Below are positions 49,031-59,320 of a stretch of 64,000 bases of DNA, piece by piece. Every line of letters starts with the position of its first letter. Within the stretch, counting starts at the first letter, position 1. The notes below the pieces were generated by a model. That model had not been told where the DNA came from. It did no database searches and worked only from the letters and a program-made list of their open reading frames with translations. Both the position numbers and the translations under genes were made by a program. Source of the DNA: Candidatus Latescibacterota bacterium (GTDB taxonomy: Bacteria; Latescibacterota; UBA2968; GCA-2709665); contig CAXXXF010000015.1 in NCBI GenBank assembly GCA_963667175.2, positions 96,001-160,000 of the forward strand. Reading direction: 5' to 3'.

Positions 49031-50299
49031 ATGAAGAACCGGGAAGGGATTGGAAACAACCTCGACAAGTGCACCTACGTACCGAGCGACGGCCTGCATG
49101 CGTTTTACGCATCAGGACAGACCTATACGGGCGCGACCGGGGAACGCATCGTTGAAACGGTGACCTCCGAATGCCTTCAGTGGGTGACGCACGACGACGG
49201 ACGCACGACGCTGGACGCCTGTTACGACGGCACCTGGCTCAGGATATCGGAAGACAACGGATCACACTGGACCGACTGGGGACCGAGGGTAAGGTTCGAC
49301 GTCGGGATCGAGGAAGAGCAGCTGATGCCGGCGGGATTCAGCCTGGATACTCAGAGCGACACCCTGGTGCGGTTCTACCGGGGGCAGAAGGCCGATAAGA
49401 GTTGCTACGGATACATCAACCAGGGCGCCTACCGGGCGTATACGAGCGTTTCCGGAGACCAGGGAGCAACCTGGAGCGATCCGGAGCAGATCGTCGCCCG
49501 GGGTGACGGTTTCGACGCGGAACGCTGGGGTCCCGGCTTCGAATACGGCGTCCGCGGCGGAATCCTCAACGGGAACCACTGCATCTGGCTCGAGGACGGG
49601 TCGGTGCTGGCGCCATTTACGGAGTACGAACGACTGGACGGTACCAGACCCTGGCGCTTCCGGGTGGTCTGCGCGAGGGGAAACTGGAAGGACGATATGA
49701 GCGGGCTCGACTGGGAGTTCGGGGACTTTATCGAGGTGCCGCTTGAGAAGTCCCGCATCGGATGCTGCGAGCCCTCGATCACGCCGCTGGAATCGGGTGC
49801 GCTGTTCGTCACGATGAGGTGTCAGGGGAACGAGGCCGAGGGCACTTATACCATACCCTATACCGCCGTTTCGGAGGATGGCGGAATGAGCTGGACGCCG
49901 CCGGCGCCGCTGATCTACGACGACGGTTCGAACGTATGGACGCCCGCCTCGTGTACAGCCTTTTATGATTCCTCCGTGACGGGCAAGACCTACTGGATTG
50001 CCAATATCCTGGACGGCCCGGTCTACGGCCAGATTCCTCGATATCCGCTGAATATTTCCGAATTCGACACGGTCAACGCGTGTATCGTCAAGGACTCTGT
50101 CCGGCTCATTCAGGACCGGCCCGACGACGCGCACGAAAACGTGAGATATACCAACTTCGGGTGGTATGAAGACAGAAGAACGGGTCGGTTGATTATCACG
50201 CTTCCGGAGCAATATCGCCGCATGGGATGGGACGACATGGAGAAGCCCGAGGACTTCGCGGCGGATTGCGTGAAATATACAGTGGATATAGGCGGGTAG
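49031..50299 (+). CDS. BNR/Asp-box (sialidase-fold) protein
   Basis: SEDNGSHW, SGDQGATW, SEDGGMSW Asp-boxes. Confidence 0.8.
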   Translation: MKNREGIGNNLDKCTYVPSDGLHAFYASGQTYTGATGERIVETVTSECLQWVTHDDGRTTLDACYDGTWLRISEDNGSHWTDWGPRVRFDVGIEEEQLMPAGFSLDTQSDTLVRFYRGQKADKSCYGYINQGAYRAYTSVSGDQGATWSDPEQIVARGDGFDAERWGPGFEYGVRGGILNGNHCIWLEDGSVLAPFTEYERLDGTRPWRFRVVCARGNWKDDMSGLDWEFGDFIEVPLEKSRIGCCEPSITPLESGALFVTMRCQGNEAEGTYTIPYTAVSEDGGMSWTPPAPLIYDDGSNVWTPASCTAFYDSSVTGKTYWIANILDGPVYGQIPRYPLNISEFDTVNACIVKDSVRLIQDRPDDAHENVRYTNFGWYEDRRTGRLIITLPEQYRRMGWDDMEKPEDFAADCVKYTVDIGG

Positions 50300-50458
50300 A
50301 CGTGAGAGGGGAGATAATCAGAAAAACCGCTCACACAAAGACACGAAGACACAAAGAAAAACAACTGCAATCAGCCGACAACTGTCGGCTTGAACCAGAA
50401 ACAGTCGACGTCTGCGCCGCGGCGTGGCATAACCTGATCGGGCGCGTCGAGGGCAGGA

Positions 50459-50491
50459 CCTGCCTGCAGCGCAGTACGCTGCGCAGGCAGG
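50459..50491. repeat. CCTGCCTGCAGCGCAGTACGCTGCGCAGGCAGG palindrome
   Basis: Same core as 48953. Confidence 0.85.
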
Positions 50492-50627
50492 TGCCCTCGC
50501 CGGAAGAGCGAGTAGACTTGAGGCGTGAGAGGTTGTTTGCCCCGTGCGGTTTCATTTCGCGCCGGAGGCACAATGGAAGAACCAATCGGGCAAGGTTGTC
50601 ATCTACCGTCTCCCGTGCTTTCAGGTT

Positions 50628-50661
50628 TTCCTTCTTCCTTCTTCCTTCTTCCTTCTTCCTT
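50628..50661. repeat. Heptamer tandem repeat (TTCCTTC) about 5 copies
   Basis: Seen directly, just downstream of the ankyrin gene. Confidence 0.8.
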
Positions 50662-50690
50662 TGAAGTGATGGCTCTACGACAACGCGAAT

Positions 50691-52385
50691 TTACGACTCC
50701 CCGTACCTGGAGATGAGGTCCACAGTGGCCGCATCTCCTTTTTTCTGCGCCCAGGCCAGGGGCGTGGCCCATTCGGCGCCCGCGAGTTTCGGATCGGCGC
50801 CGCGTTCCAGATACAGCTGCGCGAGATCGTACTTGCCCCACCGGGCCGCCCAGCCCAGCGGCGTGGACTGAAGGAGGTCGTCGATCACGTCCAGATCGGC
50901 GCCGTGGTCGAGGAGGATGGTCGCAAAGGCGACGCGCTCCGGCTCGGTCATAATCGGCTCTCCCCAGACGATGCCGCAGGCCGCCAGGTGATGCGCGAGC
51001 CGGTACCCGAAACGCCCCACCAGATTGGGGCTGACGCCGTGGTCCAGAATCATTCGGAAGATCTCCGGATAGACCGAGCGGTCGAAGTCGCGAAACTTGC
51101 GGTGGGGATTCGTCCGCCACAGGCGCAGCGGCTGCTCGAGCAGGCTGAACCAGCGACCGTCATCGGGTTCCCAATCGAGTTGCCGCAGGCACATCCCAAC
51201 GATATTCGGGTCGCCGCCGCATCCCGCGGCCCATAGCAGTTTCTCCGCGATCGACGGATCGTTGTGGAGGGCGACGGCAGCGGCCGACGTCTCAGCTTCG
51301 AGACCGGCAGTGACGTGATCCAGGATCCCGCCGTATCGAAACAGCAGTCCCTTCATCCGGTCGTCCCGGTTGTTGTACGCCGCGCCCACGGGATTGGCGC
51401 TGGCATAGATGCTGGCATTGGGATCGGCGCCGTATTCCAGAAGGAGTTCGGCGATTCCATACCGGGAATTGCCCGCCGCATTGGCCAGGGGTTCGCCCCA
51501 CGAATACGGTTTGGATTCGTAGTGGTGGAGCTGATGCCGGTCGTCCGGGTGCAGACCCAGGTCGAGCAGCAGGCGCACCATGTCGATATCGTCGTTCCGG
51601 ACGGCGATCTGCAACAGGCCGTCCCGCTCGCTGTCGCTGGACTGAAAGCGATCGGGATGTTCCTTCGCGAACGCGCGGACGAAGTCTAGATCGCCAAGTG
51701 CGACCGCGGATTCGATTGATTGCTCGCATCCCGCCTGCAGCAGGATGCCCGCGCAGATCAGACACCCTTCGTTGAGCGGCCTGTTGCGCCCTCGTACATT
51801 GAGGACCGCGCCGTCCAGGGGCGATTGGCCCTCGGGCGTGAGATGGGTGACATCGGCGCCGCGATGGAGCAGTTCGCGAACGAGCCGGTAACGGCCGTGC
51901 GACGCGGCCGCGTGGATCACGCTGCCGCCATTGCGATGGCACGCGTCCAGCAAATCGGGCTGACGATCCAGGACGTCGAGCGCAGCCTGCTCCCGCCCCC
52001 CCCCGACGGCCTCGAACAGCGCGTCGTTCTCGTCGGTTATCGTGATATTCTTGCACGCGGCCAGCTTGCGTTTTTCGTCTTCTTCCCTGATCACGTGGAC
52101 GATTTCGTCCAGGCCGCGCTCCCGCGCCATGGTAAACGCGCCGGTGGCGTCGCGATGGGGATAGATGCCCGAGTTGTGGTCCGCGCCCGCTTCCATGAGA
52201 ACGCGGACCGCATCGATGTGCCGGTTCATTACCGCGTAGTGAATCGCGCGGTGTTCGTTGTTTTCAGCCATGTGCACGTTCACCAGATCGGGCCGCTCGC
52301 CAAGGATCTGTCTGATCCGCGACACATCGCCGCTGCCTGCCGCCTCACATAGATCTGCGACCCTGTAGGATCCGTTGCCGGCCAT
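50691..52385 (-). CDS. Ankyrin repeat protein
   Basis: AIHYAV..VRVLMEAGAD, VIHAAA..ELLHRGADV, TPLGWAARWG..LYLERGADP; AGGAGG precedes ATG 52385. Confidence 0.92.
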   Translation of the reverse strand: MAGNGSYRVADLCEAAGSGDVSRIRQILGERPDLVNVHMAENNEHRAIHYAVMNRHIDAVRVLMEAGADHNSGIYPHRDATGAFTMARERGLDEIVHVIREEDEKRKLAACKNITITDENDALFEAVGGGREQAALDVLDRQPDLLDACHRNGGSVIHAAASHGRYRLVRELLHRGADVTHLTPEGQSPLDGAVLNVRGRNRPLNEGCLICAGILLQAGCEQSIESAVALGDLDFVRAFAKEHPDRFQSSDSERDGLLQIAVRNDDIDMVRLLLDLGLHPDDRHQLHHYESKPYSWGEPLANAAGNSRYGIAELLLEYGADPNASIYASANPVGAAYNNRDDRMKGLLFRYGGILDHVTAGLEAETSAAAVALHNDPSIAEKLLWAAGCGGDPNIVGMCLRQLDWEPDDGRWFSLLEQPLRLWRTNPHRKFRDFDRSVYPEIFRMILDHGVSPNLVGRFGYRLAHHLAACGIVWGEPIMTEPERVAFATILLDHGADLDVIDDLLQSTPLGWAARWGKYDLAQLYLERGADPKLAGAEWATPLAWAQKKGDAATVDLISRYGES

Positions 52386-52455
52386 CTCTGTTCCTCCTTT
52401 GACTTGCAATTTATCGTTTTGTAAGGGGATTATATACAAAGATAAACAGGGTGTG

Positions 52456-52671
52456 TTATGGCAATTCAGCCAGAGCAAACACCAGCTCTTCGACAAGCGC
52501 ATTGGCCTGCTCGGCCGTCAATAGACATTGAAACTTCTGCGTTTGTGATCCGCCGTCGGTGCTTTCCGCCTCCAAGCGAAGATAAATGCGACCTGTCCCG
52601 TGATGTACGCCTATCCCAAGCTGAGTGAGGTGAGATAGTCGAATATGACCTGGCTTAGACATCTCGTCCAT
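52456..52671 (-). CDS. Small hypothetical passenger protein
   Basis: 71-aa ORF with GAGGG upstream; inside IS1595. Confidence 0.45.
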   Translation of the reverse strand: MDEMSKPGHIRLSHLTQLGIGVHHGTGRIYLRLEAESTDGGSQTQKFQCLLTAEQANALVEELVFALAELP

Positions 52672-52803
52672 GATTCCCTCGTTTCTCTTAGATGAGTTAA
52701 CTTCCGCGTTGCGCTTGGCCCCCTATTGCGTTAGATTATAACCGTAGCACATATCAACCACCCTCAAAGGGGGAGAAGTGCGGGCTTTGGTCTTTGCGCC
52801 TGT

Positions 52804-53208
52804 ATGAGTGCGCAAGCACAAGAGCCGGACCCCAACGGATTTCAGCAACGCGGATTCATCCTGAATGGTATTGGGGAAAAGTGTTGGTTTACTCAGTCCT
52901 ATTTCAACAACAAGCCTCACTTCTGGAAAAAATCATTCCCGGATGCAGACGACCATGAACTCAGAATTTTAACATTCACTAACCCACGTTGCATGCGAGA
53001 CGACTTGAAAGGATTTGACGCCGATATTTCAAGAATGCTGAATTCTCACATGATCAACGTTAGGCTATCCAATTTCTACACAGGGACCTATGTTATAAAA
53101 GATGCTAATTTCGATACCAGAGAAATAAAGCCACATGGAAAATTCGAAGATCGAGGCCAGTGTATCCAGTCAAAGCAATATCCAAGCAAGGGCATTGCAG
53201 TTGAATAG
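52804..53208 (+). CDS. Hypothetical passenger protein (possibly a truncated secreted protein)
   Basis: 134-aa ORF; the AQA-Q start suggests the remnant of a signal peptide. Confidence 0.4.
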   Translation: MSAQAQEPDPNGFQQRGFILNGIGEKCWFTQSYFNNKPHFWKKSFPDADDHELRILTFTNPRCMRDDLKGFDADISRMLNSHMINVRLSNFYTGTYVIKDANFDTREIKPHGKFEDRGQCIQSKQYPSKGIAVE

Positions 53209-53288
53209 CATGATCGAGAACAGAGCAATCAAGTCGGTTTACCATACAATGGCTATTCACGGATGTGGTCGATGAAAGGAGGCCTATC

Positions 53289-53447
53289 ATGGCAGTGAAG
53301 AAGGAGAGCCGCGCCAGAGGAAGGCCGGTTACAAAGACGATGCCGGGCAAGATCCCAGACACACCGGAGAATATCGCCAAAGCCATGTTCCGAACCGGAC
53401 CGAAACGGGAGGGTGAATGGCGATATATGAAGAAGAACACGGTGTAA
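53289..53447 (+). CDS. Small basic passenger protein
   Basis: MAVKKESRARGRP...IPDTPENIAKAMF; AGGAGG upstream. Confidence 0.55.
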   Translation: MAVKKESRARGRPVTKTMPGKIPDTPENIAKAMFRTGPKREGEWRYMKKNTV

Positions 53448-53839
53448 AACAAGAGCGAACTCCGCTATGGAGCGTCAAGGCCAGCGATAGGGCGCTGTTT
53501 AATGGGTGTTCGGTATTCATATTCATAATCGTGATTGTTGCCGAAATTGTTACCAGGTGGCCTATATGCTGGCAACCTTTGACGAAAACCGCAAAAGACA
53601 TGATCCAGTTGGCTGCGCTCTCTATGATCGGGGCCTACTTTATCGTGGAGGCAAAGGACATGTTAGGCGGATTCAGGGACTGGGTTAAAGAAAGGAATCT
53701 CAGGATTAGACAGGAGCATTACGAGAGAGGTATACAAGAAAAAAACCGGGAATTCGAAAAGTGGGTTGAATCGGAACGCGAAAAAGGCACGCGTTTTAAC
53801 ACTCCACCTCCAATTGGCAATAACGGAGGCCAAACCTAA
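53417..53839 (+). CDS. Small two-TM membrane protein (passenger)
   Basis: Two hydrophobic segments then a charged tail; similar to the 5988-7949 gene. Confidence 0.65.
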   Translation: MAIYEEEHGVKQERTPLWSVKASDRALFNGCSVFIFIIVIVAEIVTRWPICWQPLTKTAKDMIQLAALSMIGAYFIVEAKDMLGGFRDWVKERNLRIRQEHYERGIQEKNREFEKWVESEREKGTRFNTPPPIGNNGGQT

Positions 53840-54774
53840 TCCACCAAATCCCGATACCTCAAACTCTTTCCAACCATACCGGCCACAATCCGTCCCATCT
53901 GCTCAACGGTATCCAGTTCACGGACGTTGTGCCTGCCAACGAATTCGTTGACGTATCTTTGCAGGTGCTGAACGCCCATCTTGTGGTATGTGCCATAGAT
54001 GCCGCGTTTGAACATCGACCAAAACGAATTGATACCGTTCGTGTGAACGTTGTAGTGGACGTATTCGCCGGATGAATGCTTGACAGTGCGATGCCTCATG
54101 CCCGTCATTCCCTGATAGGCTGAGGCATCGTCTGTGTACACGTCCGCGCCTTTGCTGGCGTGGCGCTCAACAAAGCCTTTGAGCGCAGGCCCGTAAATCG
54201 CCTCAGTCACTTCAGCGTCCCTGTCGTCTGTTTCGCGGTCACGAGCGCCGACCACTGCCGTCTTGCCCACTGTGCCCCTGCCTGCGTTCAGCTTGTCCTT
54301 TGCATGCTTATTTCGTTCCTTTCCGCCAACAAACGTTTCGTCTATTTCGACCGGCCCGGCAAACATTCCTCTATCCTCTGCCCACGCCTCGCGGATTCTG
54401 TGGGCCATGTGCCAGGCTGTTTTCTGCGTCACGCCTATATCCCTGTGCAGTTTCATGCTGAACGTACCTTTGAGACCGGTTGACATCAGGTAAATGGCAA
54501 TCGCCCACTTGCGATAACCGATCTTCGAGGATTCCATCAGTGAACCGGTTTTCGTAGAAAAGAACTTGCGGCAATCCTTGCAATGGAAGGGCATGCGGGG
54601 GTGACCGCCGTTGCGCTTGACGCGGTCGCTGTCACAGCGCGCACAACGCACGCCTTCCGGCCACCTTTGGGCAATGAACCATTGTTCGGCGACATCATCC
54701 GTTGGGAACAGGTCGAACAACTGAACCAGCGTGATACCCTCTCTGTGCGATTTTCCTGGTGCTTCGTGTGCCAT
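53836..54774 (-). CDS. IS1595-family transposase
   Basis: Zinc ribbon CARC..CKDC, VEIDETF, VYTDD, HTNGINSFW, YVNEFVGRHN. Confidence 0.95.
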   Translation of the reverse strand: MAHEAPGKSHREGITLVQLFDLFPTDDVAEQWFIAQRWPEGVRCARCDSDRVKRNGGHPRMPFHCKDCRKFFSTKTGSLMESSKIGYRKWAIAIYLMSTGLKGTFSMKLHRDIGVTQKTAWHMAHRIREAWAEDRGMFAGPVEIDETFVGGKERNKHAKDKLNAGRGTVGKTAVVGARDRETDDRDAEVTEAIYGPALKGFVERHASKGADVYTDDASAYQGMTGMRHRTVKHSSGEYVHYNVHTNGINSFWSMFKRGIYGTYHKMGVQHLQRYVNEFVGRHNVRELDTVEQMGRIVAGMVGKSLRYRDLVD

Positions 54775-54937
54775 GACAACCTCCTGTATTTCAATCGTTT
54801 ACTAATTACAGAAGAAAAGTAAACGAAAAGTGGCGGTTGTCACGGAAAAAACGTCTACTTTCGTATATAATCCCCTTTTGTAAACGTCCGCGGGCAACCA
54901 CCTGCGGTCGCCGCATAAAGACCTGCCCGGCTGAGAC

Positions 54938-55495
54938 TCACAACCCGTATTCCAGCGTGAGTTCCCTCTTCACGTCCGTTTTCTCGACGCTTTCCCTGAT
55001 GTCATCCATCATTGCCAGCCACCTGTGTTCTCTGAATTTCTCAAAGTCGAGGACGAATCCCGGGAGCGCCCTGCTCTCGATCCGGCCGGCCGGCTCCTGC
55101 CCGAGCACCTCGAACTTCCCGCCTCGAAGCTGGTACCACGTGGCCGGTTTGCCGTTCTCCACGAACAACGCCTCCTGGACGCCGGATGCTTCATAAATCT
55201 GGCGCTTCTTTCCCAGATCCGTAAATCCGTGCTTGGATTCGATTTCAAGCACGAAATTGGGCGGCCCCTCGTAGACCTGATGATCGTGGTTCTTCCTGCA
55301 GATCTGCCGGGGTCCGTTTCTTCGCACGATAACGCCCACGCTCGGATAGACCATAACATCCGTCTTGCCGGCGTAGCTGAGCCGTACCGGCGGGAAGAGG
55401 ACCACGTCCATACCTGTAGCAATCATGCGGTAGTAATTGATCACGGTAAGCACGTCCGTGTGGTGTCGCGATACATTCGCGTCGGGTATCCACAT
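54938..55495 (-). CDS. Uma2 (DUF820) family endonuclease-like protein
   Basis: EGPPNFVLEIES...DLGKKRQIYEASGVQE...IESRALPGFVLD. Confidence 0.8.
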   Translation of the reverse strand: MWIPDANVSRHHTDVLTVINYYRMIATGMDVVLFPPVRLSYAGKTDVMVYPSVGVIVRRNGPRQICRKNHDHQVYEGPPNFVLEIESKHGFTDLGKKRQIYEASGVQEALFVENGKPATWYQLRGGKFEVLGQEPAGRIESRALPGFVLDFEKFREHRWLAMMDDIRESVEKTDVKRELTLEYGL

Positions 55496-55507
55496 GACAA
55501 ACCTCCT

Positions 55508-57895
55508 CTATTCCCGCCTGAGCACGTCGACGGGATTGGCACGGGCCGCGTTCCGGGCAAGGTGAGCCACAGTTGCAATGGCGATAAGGAGGGTGATAGA
55601 CAGACTCAGGAGGAACGGCCAGACGGTGAGATCGATCCGGTACGCAAAGTTCCGCAGCCAGTCCTGTGTCAACAGATAGGCAACGGGACAGGCAACAATC
55701 CCGGCAATGAGCGCCAGCACCGGGAATTCCCGGGCAACCCGAAGCAGGAGATGCCCCTCGGAAGCGCCCACGACTTTGCGGATCGCGATCTCCCGCGTAC
55801 GCCGCTGTGCCGCAAATGCCGCGAGTCCCGCCGTGCCCAGGCAGGCGAGGAGGATGGCGACGATAGCAGACCGGAACGCGAGCGCCCCCTGGCGGTGCTC
55901 ATGACCGTACCTGGATTCCACGTAGTCTTCGATGTAGAAGCTCTCGAAAGGAACCGTCGGGACCAGTTGAGACCAGATCTCCTCAATGTCTGAAAGCGCT
56001 TCCCGCTCACGATCGCGTTTGATCTTCAGATGCAGATATTTCAGGTTCGGCCCCGCTGCCGACAACACCAGCGGGACCATGGGTTCTCTCAGCGAGCGTA
56101 CGTGAAAGTCCCGGAACACCCCCACGACCCGCGCGGGTCGCCTATTGAGCAGGAACGCCTGTCCCACGGGCCGGGTCCAGCCGAATTTCTCCGCCGCCGT
56201 CTCGTTGATCATGACCTCGGTCACGTCGTCCCAACCGGTTGTCCGTTCGGCGTACGCCCGCGAAAAATTCCTTCCCGCCAGAATCGGAATCTCATAACAA
56301 TCGAGGAAATCTTCATTCGCTCGAAAAACCCGCGCTTCAAACTCGCGATCCGGCGAATCGACGGGGGACACAAACCGGCGTTTCGGCCAGCTGTGCCCCG
56401 GCAGGTCCAGGCTGGCAGCCGCCGATATGATATCGGGATGGTCCAGAAACCGCTGTTTGACCGCGTTATAGCGGCTGTTCAGGGGCAGTCGCTCGGCATC
56501 GGGTCCGAAGATCTTTACGACAACCACTCCGTCCCGGCGAAATCCCAGGTCGCGCGTCCGCACCAGGTCCATCTGCAGGTAGACGACGAGCGTGGTCGCA
56601 ATCAGGACGGTTGATGCCGCGAACTGCAGAATCACCAGGATTCTTCGCACCCAGAGATCCCTCGGGAGTCCCCTGCGCAGGCCCCTGAATATTTCCACCG
56701 GCTGCTGGGCGGACACGTAGAAACCAGGGTAGATTCCGGATACGAGCCCGGTGATCACGGCAACGACGAGAATCCAGTGAATCTGTTCGACGACGTTGAA
56801 AACAAGCGGTTCGCCCATCAACGTCGAATACTGGGGCAGGAGCGCCCAGGTCAATCCAATAGACACCGGCAGCGCGGCAAAGGTATACAGAAGGGACTCA
56901 CACAGGAATTGACCGACCACGTCGCGGCGGTGTGCGCCGGCGACCCTGCGAAGGCCGGCCTCGAGGGCGCGGAGGGCCGACCTTGCGGTGGCCAGATTCA
57001 TGAAGTTGACGCACGCGATGATCAGGATGCTCAGACCGAGGACCGATATTGGATAGAGATCGCGAACGTCGCCGTACAACATCCCCGAGTCGCCCTTGAA
57101 ACCCTCCAGGTCAACTTTGGAATACAGATGAATGCGCGGCATGGGTTGGAGCCGGTAGGTCGCGCGGCCGGAATCCGTGGGAAACCGGACGGCAAGCGCC
57201 CGCTCCACCGCCTCGATATCCGCGTCCGGTCGCAGGCGGATGAAGATCGGCGCCGCACGGATCGCCCAGTTGCCCGACGTGAAACGCGTAACGCTGTCGA
57301 ACTCGAAACGCGTATTGGTGGGGAGGTCCTCCATGACAGCGACGACATTGAACCCCTGAACATGGGTTTCCCGCTGTACCTCCACCGACCTGCCCACGGG
57401 ATCCGTATCCCCGAACAACTTCCCTGCGAGGCTCCTCGTCAGCACAATGGACGCGTCACGGCGGGAAAGCGACGCGGCATCGCCGTGAACGACGTCGAGC
57501 CCGAAAAAGCCCAGGGCGTCGCCGTCGACGGGACAGAGCCGCTGGCGAAAGTTCCGGCCTTCCGCGCGAAACCAGGAGCTGATCTGGCGGTACTGGACCA
57601 CGTCCTCCACCTGGGGATGGTCACTGCGCAGACTCACGGCGACCTCTGCCGGCAGCGCGCTCTGCCATCGGATCCGGCCGCGCTGGTCGATGTTCTTTCT
57701 CATCACGCGGTAGACGCGTTCGGCATGGGGACGAAAGGCGTCGTAGCTCATCTCATAGCGGATATACAGCATGATGAGCATGGCGCAGGTCAATCCGATC
57801 ACCAGACTGGCAACGCTGATCGCGGTGTAGGTCTTGTTCCGAACCGCGTTACGAATCGCGAGTGTGAGGAAGTTGTATAGAATCGTTGTTCTCAA
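55508..57895 (-). CDS. ABC transporter permease (MacB/FtsX duplicated type)
   Basis: IACVNFMNLATARS..RALEAGLRRVAGA, RRTREIAIRKVVGAS, ANPVDVLRRE. Confidence 0.92.
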   Translation of the reverse strand: MRTTILYNFLTLAIRNAVRNKTYTAISVASLVIGLTCAMLIMLYIRYEMSYDAFRPHAERVYRVMRKNIDQRGRIRWQSALPAEVAVSLRSDHPQVEDVVQYRQISSWFRAEGRNFRQRLCPVDGDALGFFGLDVVHGDAASLSRRDASIVLTRSLAGKLFGDTDPVGRSVEVQRETHVQGFNVVAVMEDLPTNTRFEFDSVTRFTSGNWAIRAAPIFIRLRPDADIEAVERALAVRFPTDSGRATYRLQPMPRIHLYSKVDLEGFKGDSGMLYGDVRDLYPISVLGLSILIIACVNFMNLATARSALRALEAGLRRVAGAHRRDVVGQFLCESLLYTFAALPVSIGLTWALLPQYSTLMGEPLVFNVVEQIHWILVVAVITGLVSGIYPGFYVSAQQPVEIFRGLRRGLPRDLWVRRILVILQFAASTVLIATTLVVYLQMDLVRTRDLGFRRDGVVVVKIFGPDAERLPLNSRYNAVKQRFLDHPDIISAAASLDLPGHSWPKRRFVSPVDSPDREFEARVFRANEDFLDCYEIPILAGRNFSRAYAERTTGWDDVTEVMINETAAEKFGWTRPVGQAFLLNRRPARVVGVFRDFHVRSLREPMVPLVLSAAGPNLKYLHLKIKRDREREALSDIEEIWSQLVPTVPFESFYIEDYVESRYGHEHRQGALAFRSAIVAILLACLGTAGLAAFAAQRRTREIAIRKVVGASEGHLLLRVAREFPVLALIAGIVACPVAYLLTQDWLRNFAYRIDLTVWPFLLSLSITLLIAIATVAHLARNAARANPVDVLRRE

Positions 57896-58320
57896 TGTTG
57901 CGCGTTAAGCGCCCGTTTGCGGAGTTCCTCCGCGGTAAGATTCTCCACGCGCGTGGCAATCCACCAGGTGATGCCCTGGCTGTCCCTGACGCCGGCGTTC
58001 CGGTCCCCGTAGAACTGGTCCGCGGGCGCCATGAGGGATTCCGCGCCTGCCTCGAGCGCGGACGCATAGGACGCGTCGGTATCTTCCACGTACAGATAAA
58101 GCGCGGCCGGCAGGGGCGGATACCCCTCCTGAGCGGCGCCCATCATCACCACCGAATCGCCGATCCGCACTTCCGCGTGCCTCGTAACCCCGTCCGGCCC
58201 GGGCACGCGTTCGGATTCTTCAGCCCCGAATGCGTCCTTCAGGAACGAAATAAGCGCTTCAATATCTTCAACGACGAGATACGGGGTGACAGTTCTGTAC
58301 CCAGGGGGAGGTGACGGCAT
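57892..58320 (-). CDS. VOC / glyoxalase family protein
   Basis: TVTPYL, HAEVRIGDS, QFYGDRNAGVRD. Confidence 0.9.
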   Translation of the reverse strand: MPSPPPGYRTVTPYLVVEDIEALISFLKDAFGAEESERVPGPDGVTRHAEVRIGDSVVMMGAAQEGYPPLPAALYLYVEDTDASYASALEAGAESLMAPADQFYGDRNAGVRDSQGITWWIATRVENLTAEELRKRALNAQH

Positions 58321-58359
58321 GGTTTGTCTCCTTATGTTACGTGACCCGAACCCACGGTT

Positions 58360-59280
58360 TCAGGATTCCCAAACGTACACTTTCTTGTGGTAGACGGTCT
58401 CGAATCCGTTGCGCTGGAGATTGCCCAGCGAGGTCTTCAGCATCGCGAGGGTCTCGCTGCACGCCACCCGGCGCCCCAGTTCCGCGGCGCGATTCAGGCG
58501 CGCCCTGATAAGCGCGTTCTGTCCGCCCTTCTTTCTGTGGGCCTCGGCGGTCCCCGCCCATCCGAGATAGGCGAAGTCGCCATCGCAGGCAAGGATGGCC
58601 GCGCTGACGGGCGCGCCGGCCTCGTACGCCATGAAATGCTCGAATCCGGCCTGCTCGACGCTCTCGAAGAAAAACGAACTCGGCCAGGGCTCGAAGATGC
58701 GGACAACCGCATCCCGTTTTTTCTCGACCTCGCGGCGCGAAACGCGGCGCACTTCAAGAGGAGTCTGAAAGGGCGACACGGGTTCAACGGTACGAATCAG
58801 CGTGGGATACGTGGTTCCCGTAAATGGCGTGAGACCGTTGTCCTCCAGCCACCCGATGATTTCTTCTTCCTGTGGATTCGGGCTCAGCCAGAAGAAAAAC
58901 CGTTCGACCTCCGATTCCCTGAATACGTTCAGTATTTCCGATAAATCGGACCGCGAAACCCTCCCCCCGCATCCGAAAAAATACACGCCGTTTCGGTTCG
59001 CCGATGGAAAAGGCGATACGGCGGAAGGAGGATCCAATATGACGATCGCGCATTCGATTTGAACCTGGACCCTGGAATCCTGCGGAATGCAATCGAGTTC
59101 CTTCTGCCTGATCGCCATCAATCGTCGTGCAATCTCATCGGGTCTCATGTCGGTGGTCGGAGTGATGACGTGCGGTCTAAGGTGATTCGATTCACTGCCG
59201 TACCTCTTTTTCTCGTGTTTTTGTCGCGCTTTTTGTTTTCCTCGTCTTCTCGTGCCTTTCTCGTGCTTTTTGATTCTCAT
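58360..59280 (-). CDS. GNAT-family acetyltransferase
   Basis: AYLGWAGTAEAHRKKGGQNALI...SLGNLQRNGF; start uncertain. Confidence 0.75.
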   Translation of the reverse strand: MRIKKHEKGTRRRGKQKARQKHEKKRYGSESNHLRPHVITPTTDMRPDEIARRLMAIRQKELDCIPQDSRVQVQIECAIVILDPPSAVSPFPSANRNGVYFFGCGGRVSRSDLSEILNVFRESEVERFFFWLSPNPQEEEIIGWLEDNGLTPFTGTTYPTLIRTVEPVSPFQTPLEVRRVSRREVEKKRDAVVRIFEPWPSSFFFESVEQAGFEHFMAYEAGAPVSAAILACDGDFAYLGWAGTAEAHRKKGGQNALIRARLNRAAELGRRVACSETLAMLKTSLGNLQRNGFETVYHKKVYVWES

Positions 59281-59320
59281 CCTGTCTATCTTGTCTATCC
59301 ATGTAAGTTTGGATTTTGAA

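Larger units (their letters stand above)
52425..54875 (-). mobile_element. Complete IS1595-family element with passenger genes
   Basis: IRs GGGGATTATATAC(A/G)AA at both ends; 8-bp TSD TTTTGTAA at 52417-52424 and 54876-54883. Confidence 0.95.

Noticed and set aside
52386-52502. N-terminal extension of the ankyrin ORF
   Set aside because: Crosses the IS1595 end; the RBS supports ATG 52385.
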